A stretch of 64,000 nucleotides of DNA from the human T2T-CHM13v2.0 reference genome, Homo sapiens, in assembly GCF_009914755.1 (NCBI RefSeq), contig NC_060935.1, one strand, 5' to 3'. Made by a program: the position numbers and the translations under genes. The notes under the pieces are model-generated. The model was not told the DNA's origin, did no database searches, and was given only the letters and a program-made list of their open reading frames with translations. This document shows positions 43,401-60,600 of the stretch, one piece after another (position 1 is the first letter of the stretch; the number at the start of each line of letters is the position of its first letter).

Positions 43401-46400
43401 TGTGAGAAGAATGCACACAACACAAAGAAGTTTATCAGAATGCTTCTGTCTTGCTTTTGTGTGAAGATATTTCGTTTTCAGCAACAGGCCTCAAAGTGCT
43501 CCAAATATCCATTTGTAGATACTACAAAAAAAGTGCTTCCAAAGTGCTCAATGAAAACAAATGTTGAATTCTCTGAGTTGAATGCACACATCACAAAGAA
43601 GTTTCTGAGAATGTTTCTATCTAGTTTTTATGTGAAGATATTTCCTTTTCCACCATAGGCCTCAAAGTGCTCTGAATATGTACTTGCAGGTTCCACAAAA
43701 AGAGTGTTTGAAAACTGCTCAATCAGAAGAAAGTTTCAACTCCGTGGGATGAATGCACACATCACCAAGAAGTTTCTCAGAATGTTTCTGTCTAGTTTTT
43801 ATGTGAAGATATTTCCTTTTCAGATATAGGCCACTAAGCGCTCCAAATATCCATTTGCACATACTACAAAAAGAGTGTTTCCAAACTCCCCAATCAAAAG
43901 AAAGGTTCGACTCTGTGAGTTGAATGCACACATCACAAAGAAGTTTCTGAGAATACTTCTGTCTAGTTTTTATGTGAAGATATTTCCTTTTCAGCTTTAG
44001 GCCTCAAAGTGCTCCAAATATCCATTTGCAGATACTATAAAAAGAGTGTTTCCAAAGTTCTCAATCAAAAGAAATGTTCAACTCTGTGAGATGAATGCAC
44101 ATATCAAAAAGAAGTTTCTTAGAATGCTTCTGTTTATGTTTTATGTGAAGATATTTCCTTTTCCACCATAGGCCTCAAAGCACTACAAATATCCACTTGC
44201 AGATTGTGTTTCCAAAGTGCTCAATCAAAAGAAATGTTCAACTATGTGAGATGAATGCACATATCACAAAGAAGTTTCTTAGAATGCTTCTGTTTATGTT
44301 TTATATGAAGATATTTCCTTTTCCACCATAGGCCTCAAAGCACTACAAATATCCACTTGCAGATTGTAAAACAGTGTTTCAAAACTCCTCAATGAAAAGA
44401 AAGGTTCAACTCCGTGAGACGAATGCACACATCACAAAGAAATGCTTCAGAATGCTTCTGTCTAGCTTTTATGTGAAGATATTTCCTTTTAAAACATAGG
44501 CCTCAAAGCTCTCCAAATATTCATTTGCAGACACTACAAAAAGGGTGGTTCGATGCTGCTGAATCAAAGAAAGTTTCAACTCTGAGAGTTTAATGCACAC
44601 ATCACAAAGAAGTCTCTGACAATGCCTCTATCTAGTTTTTATGTGAAGTTATTTCTTTATCCAACATAGGCCTCAAAGTGCTCGCAATATCCACTTGCAG
44701 ATTCTATGAAAAGAGTGCCTCTGAAATGTTCAATCCAAAAATTTTCAACTCTGTGAGGTGAATGCACACATCACAAAGAAGTTTCTCAGAATGCTTCTGT
44801 CTGGTTGATATGTGAAGATATTTCCTTTTCCAACATGTGCCTGAAAGCTCCCCAAATATCCATTTGCAGATACTACAAAAAGAGTTTTTCCTAACAGCTG
44901 AATCAAAAGAAAGGTTCAACTCTGTGAGTTGAATGCCCATATCACAAAGAAGTTTCTGAGAATCCTTCTGCCTAGTCTTTATCTGAAGATATTACCTTTT
45001 CCAAAATAGTCCTCAAAGCACTCCAAATATCCACTTGCAGATTCTATAAAAACAGTGTTTCAAAAGTGCTAAATCAAAAGAAAGGTTAAACTCTGTGAGA
45101 TGAATGCACTCATCACAAAGAAGTTTCCCAGAACGCTTCTGTCTAGTTTTCATGTAAAGATATTTCCTTTTCCACCAAAGGCCTCAAAGTGCTCCAAATA
45201 TCCACTTGCAGATTCTACAAAAAGAGAGTTTCAAAACTGCTGAATCAAAAGAACGGTTCAACTGTGTGAGATGAATGCACGCATCACAAAGAAGTTGCTC
45301 AGAACGCTACTGTCTAGTTTTTAAGGGAAGATATTTGCTTCTCAGGTATAGGACTCAAAGCCTTGCAAATATCCACTTGCAGATACTAAAAAAAGAGTGT
45401 TTCCAAACTGTTCAATCAAAAGAAAGGTTCAACTATGTGAGTTGAATGCACATATCACAAAGAAGTTTCTGAGAATGCTTCTGTCTATTTTTTATGTGAA
45501 GCTATTTCCTTTTCCACCATAGGCGTCAAAGCTCTCCAAATATCCACTTGCAGATTCTACAAAAAGAGTGTTTTGAAACTGTTCAACCAAAAGAAAGTTT
45601 CAGCTCTGTGAGATGAATGCACACATCACAAAGAAGTTTCAGAGAATGCTTCTGTCTTTTGTTTTATGTGAAGATATTTCTTTTTGAGCTATAGGCCTCA
45701 AACTGTTCCAAATATGCATTTGCAGATACTACAAAAAGAGTGTTATCAAGCTACTCAATCAAAAGAAAGGTTCAACTTTTTGAGTTGAATACACACATCA
45801 CAGAGAAGTTCCAGAGAATGCTTCTGTCTAGTTTTCATGTGAAGATATTTCCTTTTCCACCATAGGCCTCAAAGCGCTCCAAATATCCACTTGCGGATTC
45901 TACAAAAAGAAGGTTTCAAAACTGCTCAATCAAAAGAAAGGTTAAATTCTGTGAAATGAATGCACACATCACAAAGAAGTTTCTCAGAATGCTTCGGTCT
46001 GGTTTTTATGTGAAGATGTTTCCTTTTCCACCATAGGCTCCAAAGCCCTCCAAATTTCCATTTGCAGATACTACAAAAAGAGTGTTTCCAAAATGCTCAA
46101 TCAAAAGAAAGTTTCAACTCTGTGAGATGAATGCACACTTCACAGTGAAGTTTCTCAGAATGCCTCTGTCTAGTTTTTGTGTGAAGATATTTCCTTTTCC
46201 ACTACAGGCCTCAAAGCGCTGTAAGTATCCACTTGCAGATTCAACATAAAGAGTCTTTCCAAACTGCTCAATCAAAAGAAAGGTTCAACTCTGTGAGTTG
46301 AATGCACATATCACAACGAAGTTTCAGAGAATGCTTCTGTGTAGTTTTTATGTGAGGATATTACCTTTTCCACCATAGGCCTCAAAGGGCCCCAAATATC

Positions 46401-49400
46401 CACTTGCAGATTCTTCAAAAAGAATGTTTCAAAACTGCTCTATCAAAGAAAGGTTCAACTCTGTGAGTTGAATGCACACATCACAAAGAAGTTTCTGAGA
46501 ATGCTTCTGTCTAGTTTTTATGTGAAGATATTTCCTTTTCCACCATAGGCCTCAAACGTTCCAAATATCCATTTGCAGATTCTGCAAACATATTGTTTCA
46601 AAACTGCTCAATCAACAGAAATATTCAACTCTGTGAGAAGAATGCACACATCACAAAGAAGTTTCTCAGAATGTTTCTGTCTGGTTTTTATGTGAAGATA
46701 TTTCCTTTTCAGCTGTAGGCCTCATTGCGGTATAAATATCCACTTGCAGATCCTACAAAAAGAGTGTTTCCAAACTGCTAAATCAAAAGAAAGGTTCAAC
46801 TCTGTGAGAAGAATGCACTCATCCAAAGAAGTTTCTCAGAATTCTTCTGTCTAGTTTTTAAGTGAAGATATTTCCTTTTCACCTACAGGCCTCAAAGAGC
46901 TCCAAATATCCATTTTCAGATACTACAAAAAGAGAGTTTTCAAACTGCTCAGTCAAAAGGAAGTTTCAAATCTGTGAATTGAATGCACTAATCACAAAGA
47001 AGTTTCATAGAATGCTTCTGTCTAGTTTTCATGTGAAGATATGTCCTTTTCAGCTAAAGGCCTCAAACCACTCCAAATATCCTCTTGCAGATTCTGCAAA
47101 AACAGTGACTCTAAACTGCTCAATGAAAAGAAAGGTTCAACTCTGTGAAGTGAATGCCCACATGCACAAAGAACTTTCTCAGAATGCTTCTGTGTAGTTT
47201 TTATGTGAAGATATTTCCTTTTCCAACATATGCCTCAAAGCGCTCCAAATATCCATTTGCAGATACTACAAAAAGAGTGCTTCCAAACTTCTCAATCAAA
47301 AGAAAGGTTCAACTCTGTGAGGTGAATGCACTCATCACAAAGAGGTTTCTGAGAATGTTTCTGTCTAGTTTTTTGTGAAGATATTTCGTTTTCAGCTACA
47401 GGCCTCAAAGCGCTCCAAATATACTTTTGCAGATATTGCAAGAAGAATGTTTGCAAAGGGCTCAATCAAAAACAAGGTTCAACTCTGTGAGTTCAATGCA
47501 CACATCACAAAAAATTTTCTGAGAATGTTTCTGTCTAGTTTTTATGTGAAGGTATCTCCTTTTCCACCATAGGCCTCAAAGAGCTCCAAATATCCACTTG
47601 CAGATTCTACAGAAAGAGTGTTTCAAAACAGCTCAAGCAAAAGAAAGGTTCAACCCTGTGAGATGAATGCACACATCAACAAGTAGTTTCTCAGAATGCT
47701 TCTGTCTAGTTTTTATGTAAAAATATTTCCTTTTCAGCATAGGACTCAAAGTGCTCCAAATATCCACTTGCAGATTCTACAAAAAGAGTGTCTCTAAACT
47801 GCTGAATCAAAAGAAAGTTTCAACTCTGTGAGGTGAATGCACACATCACAAAGAAGTTTCTGAGAATGCTTCTATCTAGTTTTTATGTAAAGATATTTCC
47901 TTTACCAGCATATGCCTCAAAACGCTCCAAATATACATTTGCAGATACTACAAAAAGAGTGTTTCCAAACTGCTCAGTCAAAACAAAGGTTCAACTCCGT
48001 CAGCTGAATGCACACATTACAAAGAAGTTTCTGAGAATTCATCTCTCTAGTTTTTATTGGAAGATATTTCCTTTTCCACCATAGGCCTCAAAGTGCTCCA
48101 AATATCTACTTGCAGGTTGTACAAAAAGAGTGTTTTCAACCTGCTCAATCAAAAGAAAAGTTCAATTCTGTGAGGTGAATCCACTAATCACAAAGAAGGT
48201 TCTCAGAATGCTTTGTCTAGTTTTTATGTGAAGATATTTCCTTTAATACCACAGGCCTCCAGAAACCCAAATATCCATTTGTAGATACTACAAAAAGGGT
48301 GGATCAAAACCACTCAAAAGAAAAGTTCAACTCTGTGAGTTGAATGCACACATCACAAAGAAGTTTGTGATAATACTTCTGTCTAGCTTTCATGTGAAGG
48401 TATTTCCTTTCAAGTTATAGGCCTCATAGCTGTCCAAATATCCACTTGCAGATTCTACAAAAAGAACGTTTCAAAACTGCTCAATGATAAGAAACGTTCA
48501 ACTCTGTAAGAAGAATGCACACAACACAAAGAAGTTATCAGAATGCATCTGTGTAGTTTTTATATGAAGATATTTCGTTTTCAGCAATAGGACTCAAAAG
48601 CGCTCCAAATATCCATTTGCAGATACTACAAAAAGAGTGCTTCCAAACTGCTCAATGAAAAGAAATGTTCAATTCTGTGAGTTGAATGCACACATCACAA
48701 AGAAGTTTCTGGGAATGTTTCTGTCTAGTTTTTATGTGAAGATATTTCCTTTTCCACCATAGGCCTCAAAGTCCTCCAAATATCCACTTGCAGGTTCCAC
48801 AAAGAGTGTTTGAAAACTGCTCAATCAATAGAAAGGTTCAACTCCGTGCCATGAATGCACACATCACCAAGAAGTTTCTCAGTATGTTTCTGTCTAGTTT
48901 TTATGTGAAGATATTTCCTTATCAGATATAGACCACAAAGCGCTCCAAATATCCATTTGCGCAAACTACGAAAAGAGTGTTTCCAAACTCCCCAATCAAA
49001 AGAAAGGTTCAACTCTGTGAGTTGAATGCACACATCACAAAGAAGTTTCTGAGAATACTTCTGTCTAGTTTTTATGTGAAGATATTTCCTTTTCAGCTTT
49101 AGGCCTCAAAGAGCTCCAAAAATCCATTTGCAGATACTATAAAAAGACTGTTTCCAAACTTCTCAATCGAAAGAAATGTTCAATCCTGTGAGATGAAGGC
49201 ACACATCACAAAGAAGTTTCTTAGCATGCTTCTGTCTAGTTTTTATGTGAAGATATTTCCTTTTCCACTACAGGGCTCAAAGTGCTCCAAATATCCATGT
49301 GCAGATTCTAAAAAAACAGTGTTTCAAACCTGCTCAATCAAAAGAAATGTTCACCTCTGTGAGATGAATGCACACATCTCAAAGAAGTTTCTCAGAATGC

Positions 49401-50002
49401 TTCTGTATAGTTTTTATTTGAAGATATTTCCTTTTCAGTTATATTTCTTGAAGTGCTCCAAATATCCATTTTCAGATACTACAAAAAGAGAGTTTCCAAA
49501 CTCCTCAACCAAAGGAAATGTTCAACTCTGTGAGTTGAATGCACACATCACAAAGTAGTTTCTGAGAATGCTTCTGTTTATTTTTATGTGAAGATATTTC
49601 CTTTCCCAACATAGACCTCAAAGCACCCCAAATATCCACCAGCAGATTGTAAAAGAGTGTTTCAAAACTGCTCAATCAAAAGCAAGGTTCAACTCTGTGC
49701 GATGAATGCACACATCACAAAGAAGTTTCTCAGAATGCTTCTGTCTAGCTTTTATGTGAAGATATTTCCTTTTAAAGCATAGGTCTCAAAGTGCTCCAAA
49801 TATTCATTTGCAGACACTACAAAAAGAGTTGTTCCATACCGCTCAATAAAAAGAAAGGTTCAACTCTCAGAGTTTAATGCACACATCACAAAGAAGTTTC
49901 TGAAAATGCTTCTGTCTAGTTTTTATGTGAAGTTATTTCTTTTTCCACCATAGGCCTCAAAGCGCTCCAAATATCCACTTGCAGATAGTACACAAAGAGT
50001 GT

Positions 50003-50007
<5 letters not shown>
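40401..50007 (-). repeat. Monomeric alpha satellite, younger 171-bp A-type layer (SF4/M1-like, tentative)
   Basis: ttccttttccacc or ttccttttcagct, atatccacttgcag, aagagtgttt, gagttgaatg. Confidence 0.85.
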
Positions 50008-52526
<2,519 letters not shown>

Positions 52527-52589
52527 TATGATGTTAGCTGGTTATTTTGCTCGTTAGTTGATGCAATTTCTTCCTAGCCTTGAAGGTCT

Positions 52590-53596
52590 TTACAATTTGG
52601 CAAGTTTTTGCAGTGGCTGGTACTGGTTGTTCCTTTCCATGTTTAGTGCTTCCTTCAGGAGCTCTTTTAGGGCAGGCCTGGTGGTGACAAAATCTCTCAG
52701 CATTTGCTTGTCTGTAAAGGATTTTATTTCTCCTTCGCTTATGAAGCTTAGTTTTGCTGGTTATGAAATTCTGGGTTGAAAATTCTTTTCTTTAAGAATG
52801 ATGAATATTGGCCCCACTCTTTTCTGGCTTGTAGAGTTTCTGCCAAGAGATCTGCTGTTAGTCTGAAGGGCTTCCTTTTGTGGGTAACCCGACCTTTCTC
52901 TCTGACTGCCCTTAACATTTTTTCCTTCATTTCAACTTTGGGGAATCTGACAATTATGTGTCTTGGGGTTGCTCTTCTCAAGGAGTATCTTTGTGGCATT
53001 CTCTGTATTTCCTGAATCTGAATGTTGGCCTGCCTTGCTAGATTGGGGAAGTTCTCCTGGATAATATCCTGCAGAGTGTTTTCCAACTTGATTCCACTCT
53101 CTCTGTCACTTTCAGGTACACCAATCAGACATAGATTTGGTCTTTTCACATAGTCTCATATTTCTTGGAGGCTTTGTTTATTTCTTTTTATTCTTTTTTC
53201 TCTAAACTTCCCTTCTCACTTCATTTCATCTTGCATCACTGATACCCTTTCTACCAGTTGATCACATCATATCCTGAGGCTTCTGCATTCTTCACGTGGT
53301 TCTCAAGCCTTGGCTTTCAGCTCCATCAGCTTTTTAAAGCACTTCTTTGTATTGGTTATTCTAATTATACATTAGTCTAAATTTTTTTCAAAGTTTTTAA
53401 CTTCTTTGCCTTTGGTTTGAATTTTTTCCTGTAGCTCAGATTAGTTTGATCATCTGAAGCCTTCTTCTCTCAACTCATCAAAGTCATTCTCCATCCAGCT
53501 TTGTTCCAGTGCTGGTGGGGAACTGCATTCCTTTGGAGGAGGAGTCGTGCTCTGCTTTTTAGAGTTTCCAGTTTTTCTGCTCTGTTTTTTCCCCAT
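52590..53596 (-). pseudogene. L1 ORF1p, disrupted
   Basis: ATG at 53596 and TAA at 52590-52592, with internal stops. Fragment KRPNLCLIGVPESD...ENFPNLARQANIQ. Confidence 0.92.
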
Positions 53597-53724
53597 CTTT
53601 GTGGTTTTATCTACTTTTGGTCTTTGATGATGGTGATGTACAGATGGGTTGTTGGTGTGGATGTCCTTTCTGTTTGTTAGTTTTCCTTCTAACAGACAGG
53701 ACCCTCAGCTGCAGGTCTGTTGGA

Positions 53725-53852
53725 GTTTGCTACAGGTCCACTCCAGACCCTGTTTGCCTGGGTATCAGCAGCAGTGGCTACAGAATACCGGATTTTCGTG
53801 AACAGTGAATGCTGCTGTCTGATCATTCCTCTGGAAGTTTTGTCTCAGAGAA
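53725..53852 (-). promoter_or_regulatory. L1 5'UTR block that carries the ZNF93 repressor site in L1PA4/early L1PA3
   Basis: 128 bp present here between ggtctgttgga and gtacccggcc, absent at the equivalent junction (821/822) of the first L1. The ZNF93 link is established knowledge, not shown by the sequence. Confidence 0.8.
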
Positions 53853-54666
53853 GTACCCGGCCGTGTGAGGTGTCAGTCTGCCCCTACTGGGGGGTGCCTC
53901 ACAGTTAGGCTGCTCGGGTGTCAGGGGTCAGGGACCCTTTTGAGGAGGCAGTCTGCCCATTATAAGATTTCCAGCTGTGTGCTGGGAGAACCACTGCTCT
54001 CTTCAAAGCTGTCAGACAGGGACATTTAAGTCTGCAGAGGTTACTGCTGTCTTTTTGTTTGTCTGTGTTCTGCCCCTAGAGGTGGAGCCTACAGAGGCAG
54101 GCAGGCCTCCTTGAGCTGCTTCACCAATTGAGCTGCTTCACTTGAATTGGCTTCACCAATTTCGAGCTTCCTGGCTGCTTTGTTTGCCTAAGCAAGCCTG
54201 GGAAGTGGTGAGTGCCCCTCACCCACCCTCGCTGACGTCTTGTAGTTTGATCTCAGACTACTGTGCTAGCAATCAGTGAGACTCCGTGGGCATAGGTCCG
54301 TCCAAGCCAGGTGCAGGATATAATCTCCTGATGTGCCATTTTTTAAGCCCATCGGAAAAGTGCAGTATTAGGGTGGGAGTGACCCGATTTTCCAGGTGCC
54401 TTCTGTCACCCCTTTCTTTGAATAGTAAAGGGAACTGCCTGACACCTTGCACTTCCTGAGTGAAGCAATGCCTCACCCTGCTTCGGCTCCCACATGGTGC
54501 GTTGCACCCACTGTCCTGCAGCCACTGTCTGGCACTCCCTAGTGGGATGAAACTGGTACCTCAGATGGAAATGCAGAAATCAGCCGTGTTCTGCATCACT
54601 CATGCTGGGAGCTATAGACCGGAGTTGCAACTATTCAGCCATCTTGGCTGCCAGCTCCTGATTTCC

Positions 54667-57600
54667 TGAACATTTCTTTTGATTGAGCAGTTTCAAAAAA
54701 CTATTTTTGTTTTATCTGCAATGGATATTTGGAATGCTTTGAGGCCCATAGCTGAAAAGGAAATATCTTCACATGAAAACTAGACTGAAGCATTCTGAGA
54801 AACCCCTTTGTGATGTGTGCACTCATCTCACAGACTTGAAACTTTCTTTTGATTGAGCAGTTTTGAAACATTCTTTTTGTAGAATCTGCAAGTGGATAAT
54901 TGGTGCACTTTGAGGCCTATGGTGGAAAAGGAAATATCTTCACATAAAAACTAGACAGAAGCATTCTCAGAAACTACTTTGCAATGTGTGCATTCAACTT
55001 ACACAGTTGAAACTTTCTTTTGACTGAACAGTTTGGAAACACTATTTATGTAGTATCTGTAGGACCATTTAGAGTGCTTTGAGGCCTACAGCTGGAAAAG
55101 GAAATGTCTTCAAATAAACACTAGATAGAAGCATTCTGAGAAACTTCTTTGTGGTGTGTGCATTCATCTCACAGAGTTGAACCTTTCTCTTAATTGAGCA
55201 GTTTTGAAACACTCTTTTTGTAGAATCTGCTAGTGGATATTTGGAGCACATTGAAACCTATGGTGGAAAAAGAAATATCTTCAAATAAAAAAAAGACAGA
55301 AGCATTCTCAGAAACTTCTTTGAAATGTGTGCATTCAACTCACAGTGTTGAATCTTTCTTTTGATTGAGCAGTTTGGAAACACTCTTTTAGTAGTATATG
55401 CAAATGGATATTTGGAGTGCTTTGAGGCCTATGGTGGAAAACGAAATATCTTCACATAAATAATAGACAGAAGCATTCTGAGAAACAACTTTGGGATGTA
55501 TGCATTCAACTCACTATGATGAACCTTACTTTTGATTGAGCAGTTTGGAAACACTTTTTGTAGAAACTGAAAGTGGATATTTGGAGCACTTTGAGGCCTA
55601 TGGTGGAAAAGGAAATATCTTCACATAAAAACTGGACAGAAGCATTCTCAGAAACTTCTCTGTCATGTGGGAATTTAAATCACAGAGTTAAACTGTTCTT
55701 TTGATTAAGCAGTTTCAAAACCCTCTGTTTGTAGAAACTGCAACTGGATATTTGGAGTGCATTGAGGCCTATGGTGGAAAAGGAAATATCTTAACATAAA
55801 AACTAGACAGAAGCATTCTGAGAAACTTGTTTGTGATGTGAGCATTCATCTCACAGAGTTGAACATTTCTTCTGATTGAGCAGTTTTCAACCACTGTTTT
55901 TGTAGAATCTGCAATTGGATATTTGGAGCACTTTGAGGCCTACGGTGGAAAAGGAAATATCATCACATAAAAACTAGACAGAAGGATTCTCAAGAACTTC
56001 TTTGTGATGAGAGAATTCAACTCACAGAGTTGAACCTTTCTTTTGATTGATCAGTTTGGAAACACACTTTTTGTCATATCTGCAAATGGATATTTGGAGT
56101 GCTATGAGGCCTATAGTGGAAAAGGAAATATCTTCACATAAAAACTAGACAGAAGCATTCACAGAAACTTCCTTGTGATGTGTGCATTCAACTCACAGAG
56201 ATGAACCTTTCTTTTGATAGAGCTGTTTTGAAACTCTCTTTTCATAGAATCTGCAAGTGGATATTTGAGCAATTTGAGGCCTGTGGTGGAAAAGGAAATA
56301 TCTTCACATAAAAACTAGACAGAAGTATTCTCAGAGATATTTGCACCACCTTGATCTCTACGGTGTAAATGGAAATATCTTCTCATGTAAACTAGAAAGA
56401 AGCATTCTCAGAAATTTCTTTGTGATGTGTGCATTCAACTCACAGAGTTGAACCTTCCTTCTGATGGAACAGTTTTGAAACATTCTTTTTGTTGAATCTG
56501 CAAGTGGATATTTGGAACGCTTTGGGGCCTAAGGTGGAAAAGGAAATATCTTCACATAAAAACGAGGCAGAAGAATTCTCAGAAACTTCTTTGTGATGTG
56601 TGCATTCAACTCACAGAGTTGAAAGTTTCTTTTGATAGAGCACTTATGAAACACTCTTTATGTAGAATCTGCAAGTGGATATTAGGAGCACTTTGAGGCC
56701 TACGGTGGAAAAGGAAATATGTTCACATAAAAAATAGACAGAAGAATTTGCAGAGATATATGTAGCGTTTTGAGGCCTACGGTGGAAAGGAAATATCTTC
56801 ACATATAAACTAGACAGAAGCATTCTCAGAAACGTCTTTGTGATGTGTGCACTCAACACACAGAGTTGAACCTTTCTTTTGATAGAGTAGTTTGGAAACA
56901 CTCTTTTTGTAGAATCTGCAAGTGGATATTTGTAACGCTTTGAGACCTACGGTGGAAAAGGAAATATCTTCCCATAAAAACTACACAGAAGCATTCTCAG
57001 AAACTTCTTTGTGATGTGTGCATTCAACTCACAGAGTGGAAACTTTCTTTTGATAGAGCAGTTTTGAAACACCCTTTTTGTACAATCTGCTAGTGGATAT
57101 TTGGAATGCTTTGAGACCTATGGTGGAAAAGGAAATATCTTCACATAAAAACTAGTCAGAACCATTCTTAGAAACTTCTTTGTGATTTGTGCATTGAACT
57201 CACAGAGTTTAACCTTCCTTTTGATAGTGCAGTTTTGAAACACTCTTTTTGTATAATCTGCACATGGATATTTGGAACATTTCAGGGCCAACGGTGGAAA
57301 AGGAAATATCTTCACATAAAAACTACACAGAAGCATTCTCAGAAACTTCTTTTTGTTGTGTCCATTCAACTCACAGAGTTGAACCTTTCTTTTGGTAGAC
57401 CAGTTTTGAAACACTCTCTTTGTAGAATCTGCAAGTGGATATTTGGAGTGTTTTGAGGCCTACGGTGGTAAAGGAAATATCTTCACATAAAAAGTAGACA
57501 GAAGCATTCTCAGAATCTTCTCTGTGATGTGTGCATTCAACTCACTGAGTTGAAACTTTCGGTTGATAGAGGAGGTTTGAAACACTCTTTTTGTGGAATC

Positions 57601-60600
57601 TGCAAGTGAATATTAAGAGTGCTTTGAGGCCTACGGTGGAAAAGAAAATATCTTCACATAAAAACTACAGAGAAGCATTCTCAGAAACTTCTTTGTGATG
57701 TGTGCCTTGAACTCACAGAGTTGAACTTTTCTTTTGGTAGAGCAGTTTTGAAACACTGTCTTTGTAGAATCTGCAAGTGGATATTTGGAGCACTTTGAGG
57801 CCTATGGTTTAAAAGGAAATATCTTCATATAAAAAACAGACAGAAGCATTCGCAGAAACTACTTTGTGATGTGTGTATTCAACTCACAGAGTTGAACCTT
57901 CCTTTTGATAGAGCAGTTTTGAAACACTCTTTTTGTAGAATCTGCAAGTGGATGTTAGTAGCACTTTGAGACTTACGGTGGAAAAGGAAATATCTTCACA
58001 TAAAAACTAGAAAGCAGCCCTCTCAGAAACTTCTTTGTGATGTGTGCATTCAACTCACAGAGTTGAACTTTTCTTTTGATAGAGCAGTTTTGAAACACTC
58101 TTTTTGTAGAATCTGCAAGTGGATATTTGGAACACTTTGAGGCCTACAGTGGAAAAGGAAATATCTTCGCATAAAAACTAGACAGAAGCATTCTCAGAAA
58201 CTTCTTTGTGATTTGTGCATTCAACTCACAGATTGGAACCTTCCTTTTGATAGAGCAGTTTTGAAACACTCTTATTGTGGAATTTGCAAGTGGATATTTG
58301 GAGTGCTTTCAGGACTACGGTTCAAAAGGAAATATCTTCCCTTAAAACTAGACAGAAGCATTCTGAGAATCAACTTCAGGATGTGTGCATTCAACTCACA
58401 GGGTTGAAATTTTCTTTTGACAGAGCAGTTTTGAAACACTCTTTTTGTAGGATCTGTAAGTGGATATTTGGAGCGCTTTGAGGCCTAGGGTGGAAAACGA
58501 AATATCTTCACAGAAAAACTAGAGAGAAGCAGTCTGAGAAATATTTGGAGCGCTTTGAGGACTACAGTGGAAAAGGAAGTATCTTCAAATATAACCTAGA
58601 GAGAAGCTTTTTCAGAAACTTGTTTGTGATGTGTGCTTTCCAGTCACAGGTTTGAACCTTCCTTTTGACAGAGCAGTTTTGAGACACTCTTTTTGTAGAA
58701 TCAGCAAGTGGATGTTTGGAACGCTTTGAGGCCTATGGTGGAAAAGGAAATATCTTCACATATAAACTAGACAAAAACATTCTCAGAAATTTCTTTGTGT
58801 TGTGTGCATTCAACTCACAGAGTTGAAACTTCCTTTTGATGGAGCAGTTTTGAAACACTCTTATTGTAGAATCTGCAAGTAGATATTTGGAATGCTTTGG
58901 GGCCTATGGTGAAAAGGAAATATCTTCACATAAAAACTAGACAGAAGCATTCTCAGAAACTTATTTGTGATGTGTGCATTCAACTCACAGAGTTGAAAGT
59001 TGCTTTTGATAGAGCACTTTGGAAGCACTCTTTTTGTAGAATCTGCAAGCAGATATTAGGAGCGCTTTGAGGCCTACGTTGGAAAAGGAAATATATTCAC
59101 ATTAAAAGTAGACAGAAGCATTCTCAGAGATATTTGGACTGCTTTGAGGACTACGGTGGAAAGGGAAATATCTTCACATATAAACTTGACAGAAGCTTTG
59201 TCAGAAACTCCTTTTGGGTGTGTGCATTCAAGTCACAGAGATGAACCTTTCTTTTGATAGAGCAGATTTGAAAAACCCTTTTTGTAGAATCTGCAAGTAG
59301 ATATTTGGAATGCTGTGAGTCCTATGGTGGACAAGGATATATCTTCACATAAAAGCTAGTCAGAAGCATTCTCAGAAACTTCCTTGTGATGTATCCATTG
59401 GACTCACAGAGCTGAACCTTTCTTTTGATAGAGCCGTTTCGGAAAACTCCTTTTGTAGAATCTGCAAGTGGATATTTGGAGCGCTTTGATGCCTATGGTG
59501 GAAAAGGAAACATCTTAACATAAAAACTAGACAGAAGCATTATCGAAAACTTCTTTGCAATGTGTGCATTCAAATCACAGAGTTGAACCTTTCTTTTGAT
59601 AGAGCAGTTTTGAAACACTCTTTTTGTAGAATCTGCAAATGGATATTTGGAGCGCTTTGACGCCTACGGTGGAAAAGGAAATATCTTCACAAAAACTCTA
59701 CACAGAAGCATTCTCAGAAACTACCTTGTGCTGTGTCCATTCAACACACAGAGTTGAACCTTTCTTTTCATAGAGCAGTTTTGAAACACTCTTTTTGTTG
59801 TATCTGCAAGTGGATGTTTGGAGCACTTTGAGGCCAGTGGTGTAAAAGGAAATATCTTCACATATAAACTAGACAGAGGGATTCTCAGAAACTTCTTTCT
59901 GATGTGTGCATTCAATTCACAGAGTTGAAACTTCCTTTTGATAGAGCAGTTTTAAAACACTCTTTTTATGGAATCTGTAAGTGGATATTTGGAGCGCTTT
60001 GAGTCCTACTGTGGAAAAGGAAATATCTTCACATAAAAATTAGACAGAAGCATTCTCAGAGACTTCTTTCTGATGTGTGCATTCAACTCACAGAGTTGAA
60101 CCTTCCTTTTGATAGAGCAGTTCTGGAACACTCTTTTTGTAGAATGTGCAAGTGGATATTTGGAACGCTTTGAGGCCTATGGTGGAAAAGGACATTATCT
60201 TCACCTGAAAACTAGACAGAAGCATTCTCAGAAACTTCCTTGTGATGTGTCCTTTCAACTCACAAAGTTGAACCTTTCTTTTGGTAGAGCAGTTTTGAAA
60301 CACTCTTTTTGTAGAATCTGCAAGTGAATATTAAGAGCGCTTTGAGGCCTACGGTGGAAAAGGAAATATCTTCTCCCAAAAACTAGACAGAAGCATTCTG
60401 AGAAACTTCTATGTGATGTGTGCATTCAACTCAGAGAGTTTAGGCTTTCTTTTGATAGAGCAGCTTTGAAACACTCTTTTTGTTGAATCTGCAAGTGGAT
60501 ATTTGGAACGCTTTGAGGGCTATGGTGGAAAAGAAAATATTTTCTCACAACAACAGACAGAAGCATTCTCATAAACTTCTTTGTTATGTGGGCATTCAAC

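Noticed and set aside
59071-59092. Possible CENP-B box (ctacgttggaaaagga); similar near-matches at ~55435 and ~58490
   Set aside because: Lacks the TTCG and CGGG core. These are variants of the A-box, and no complete box was seen by eye.
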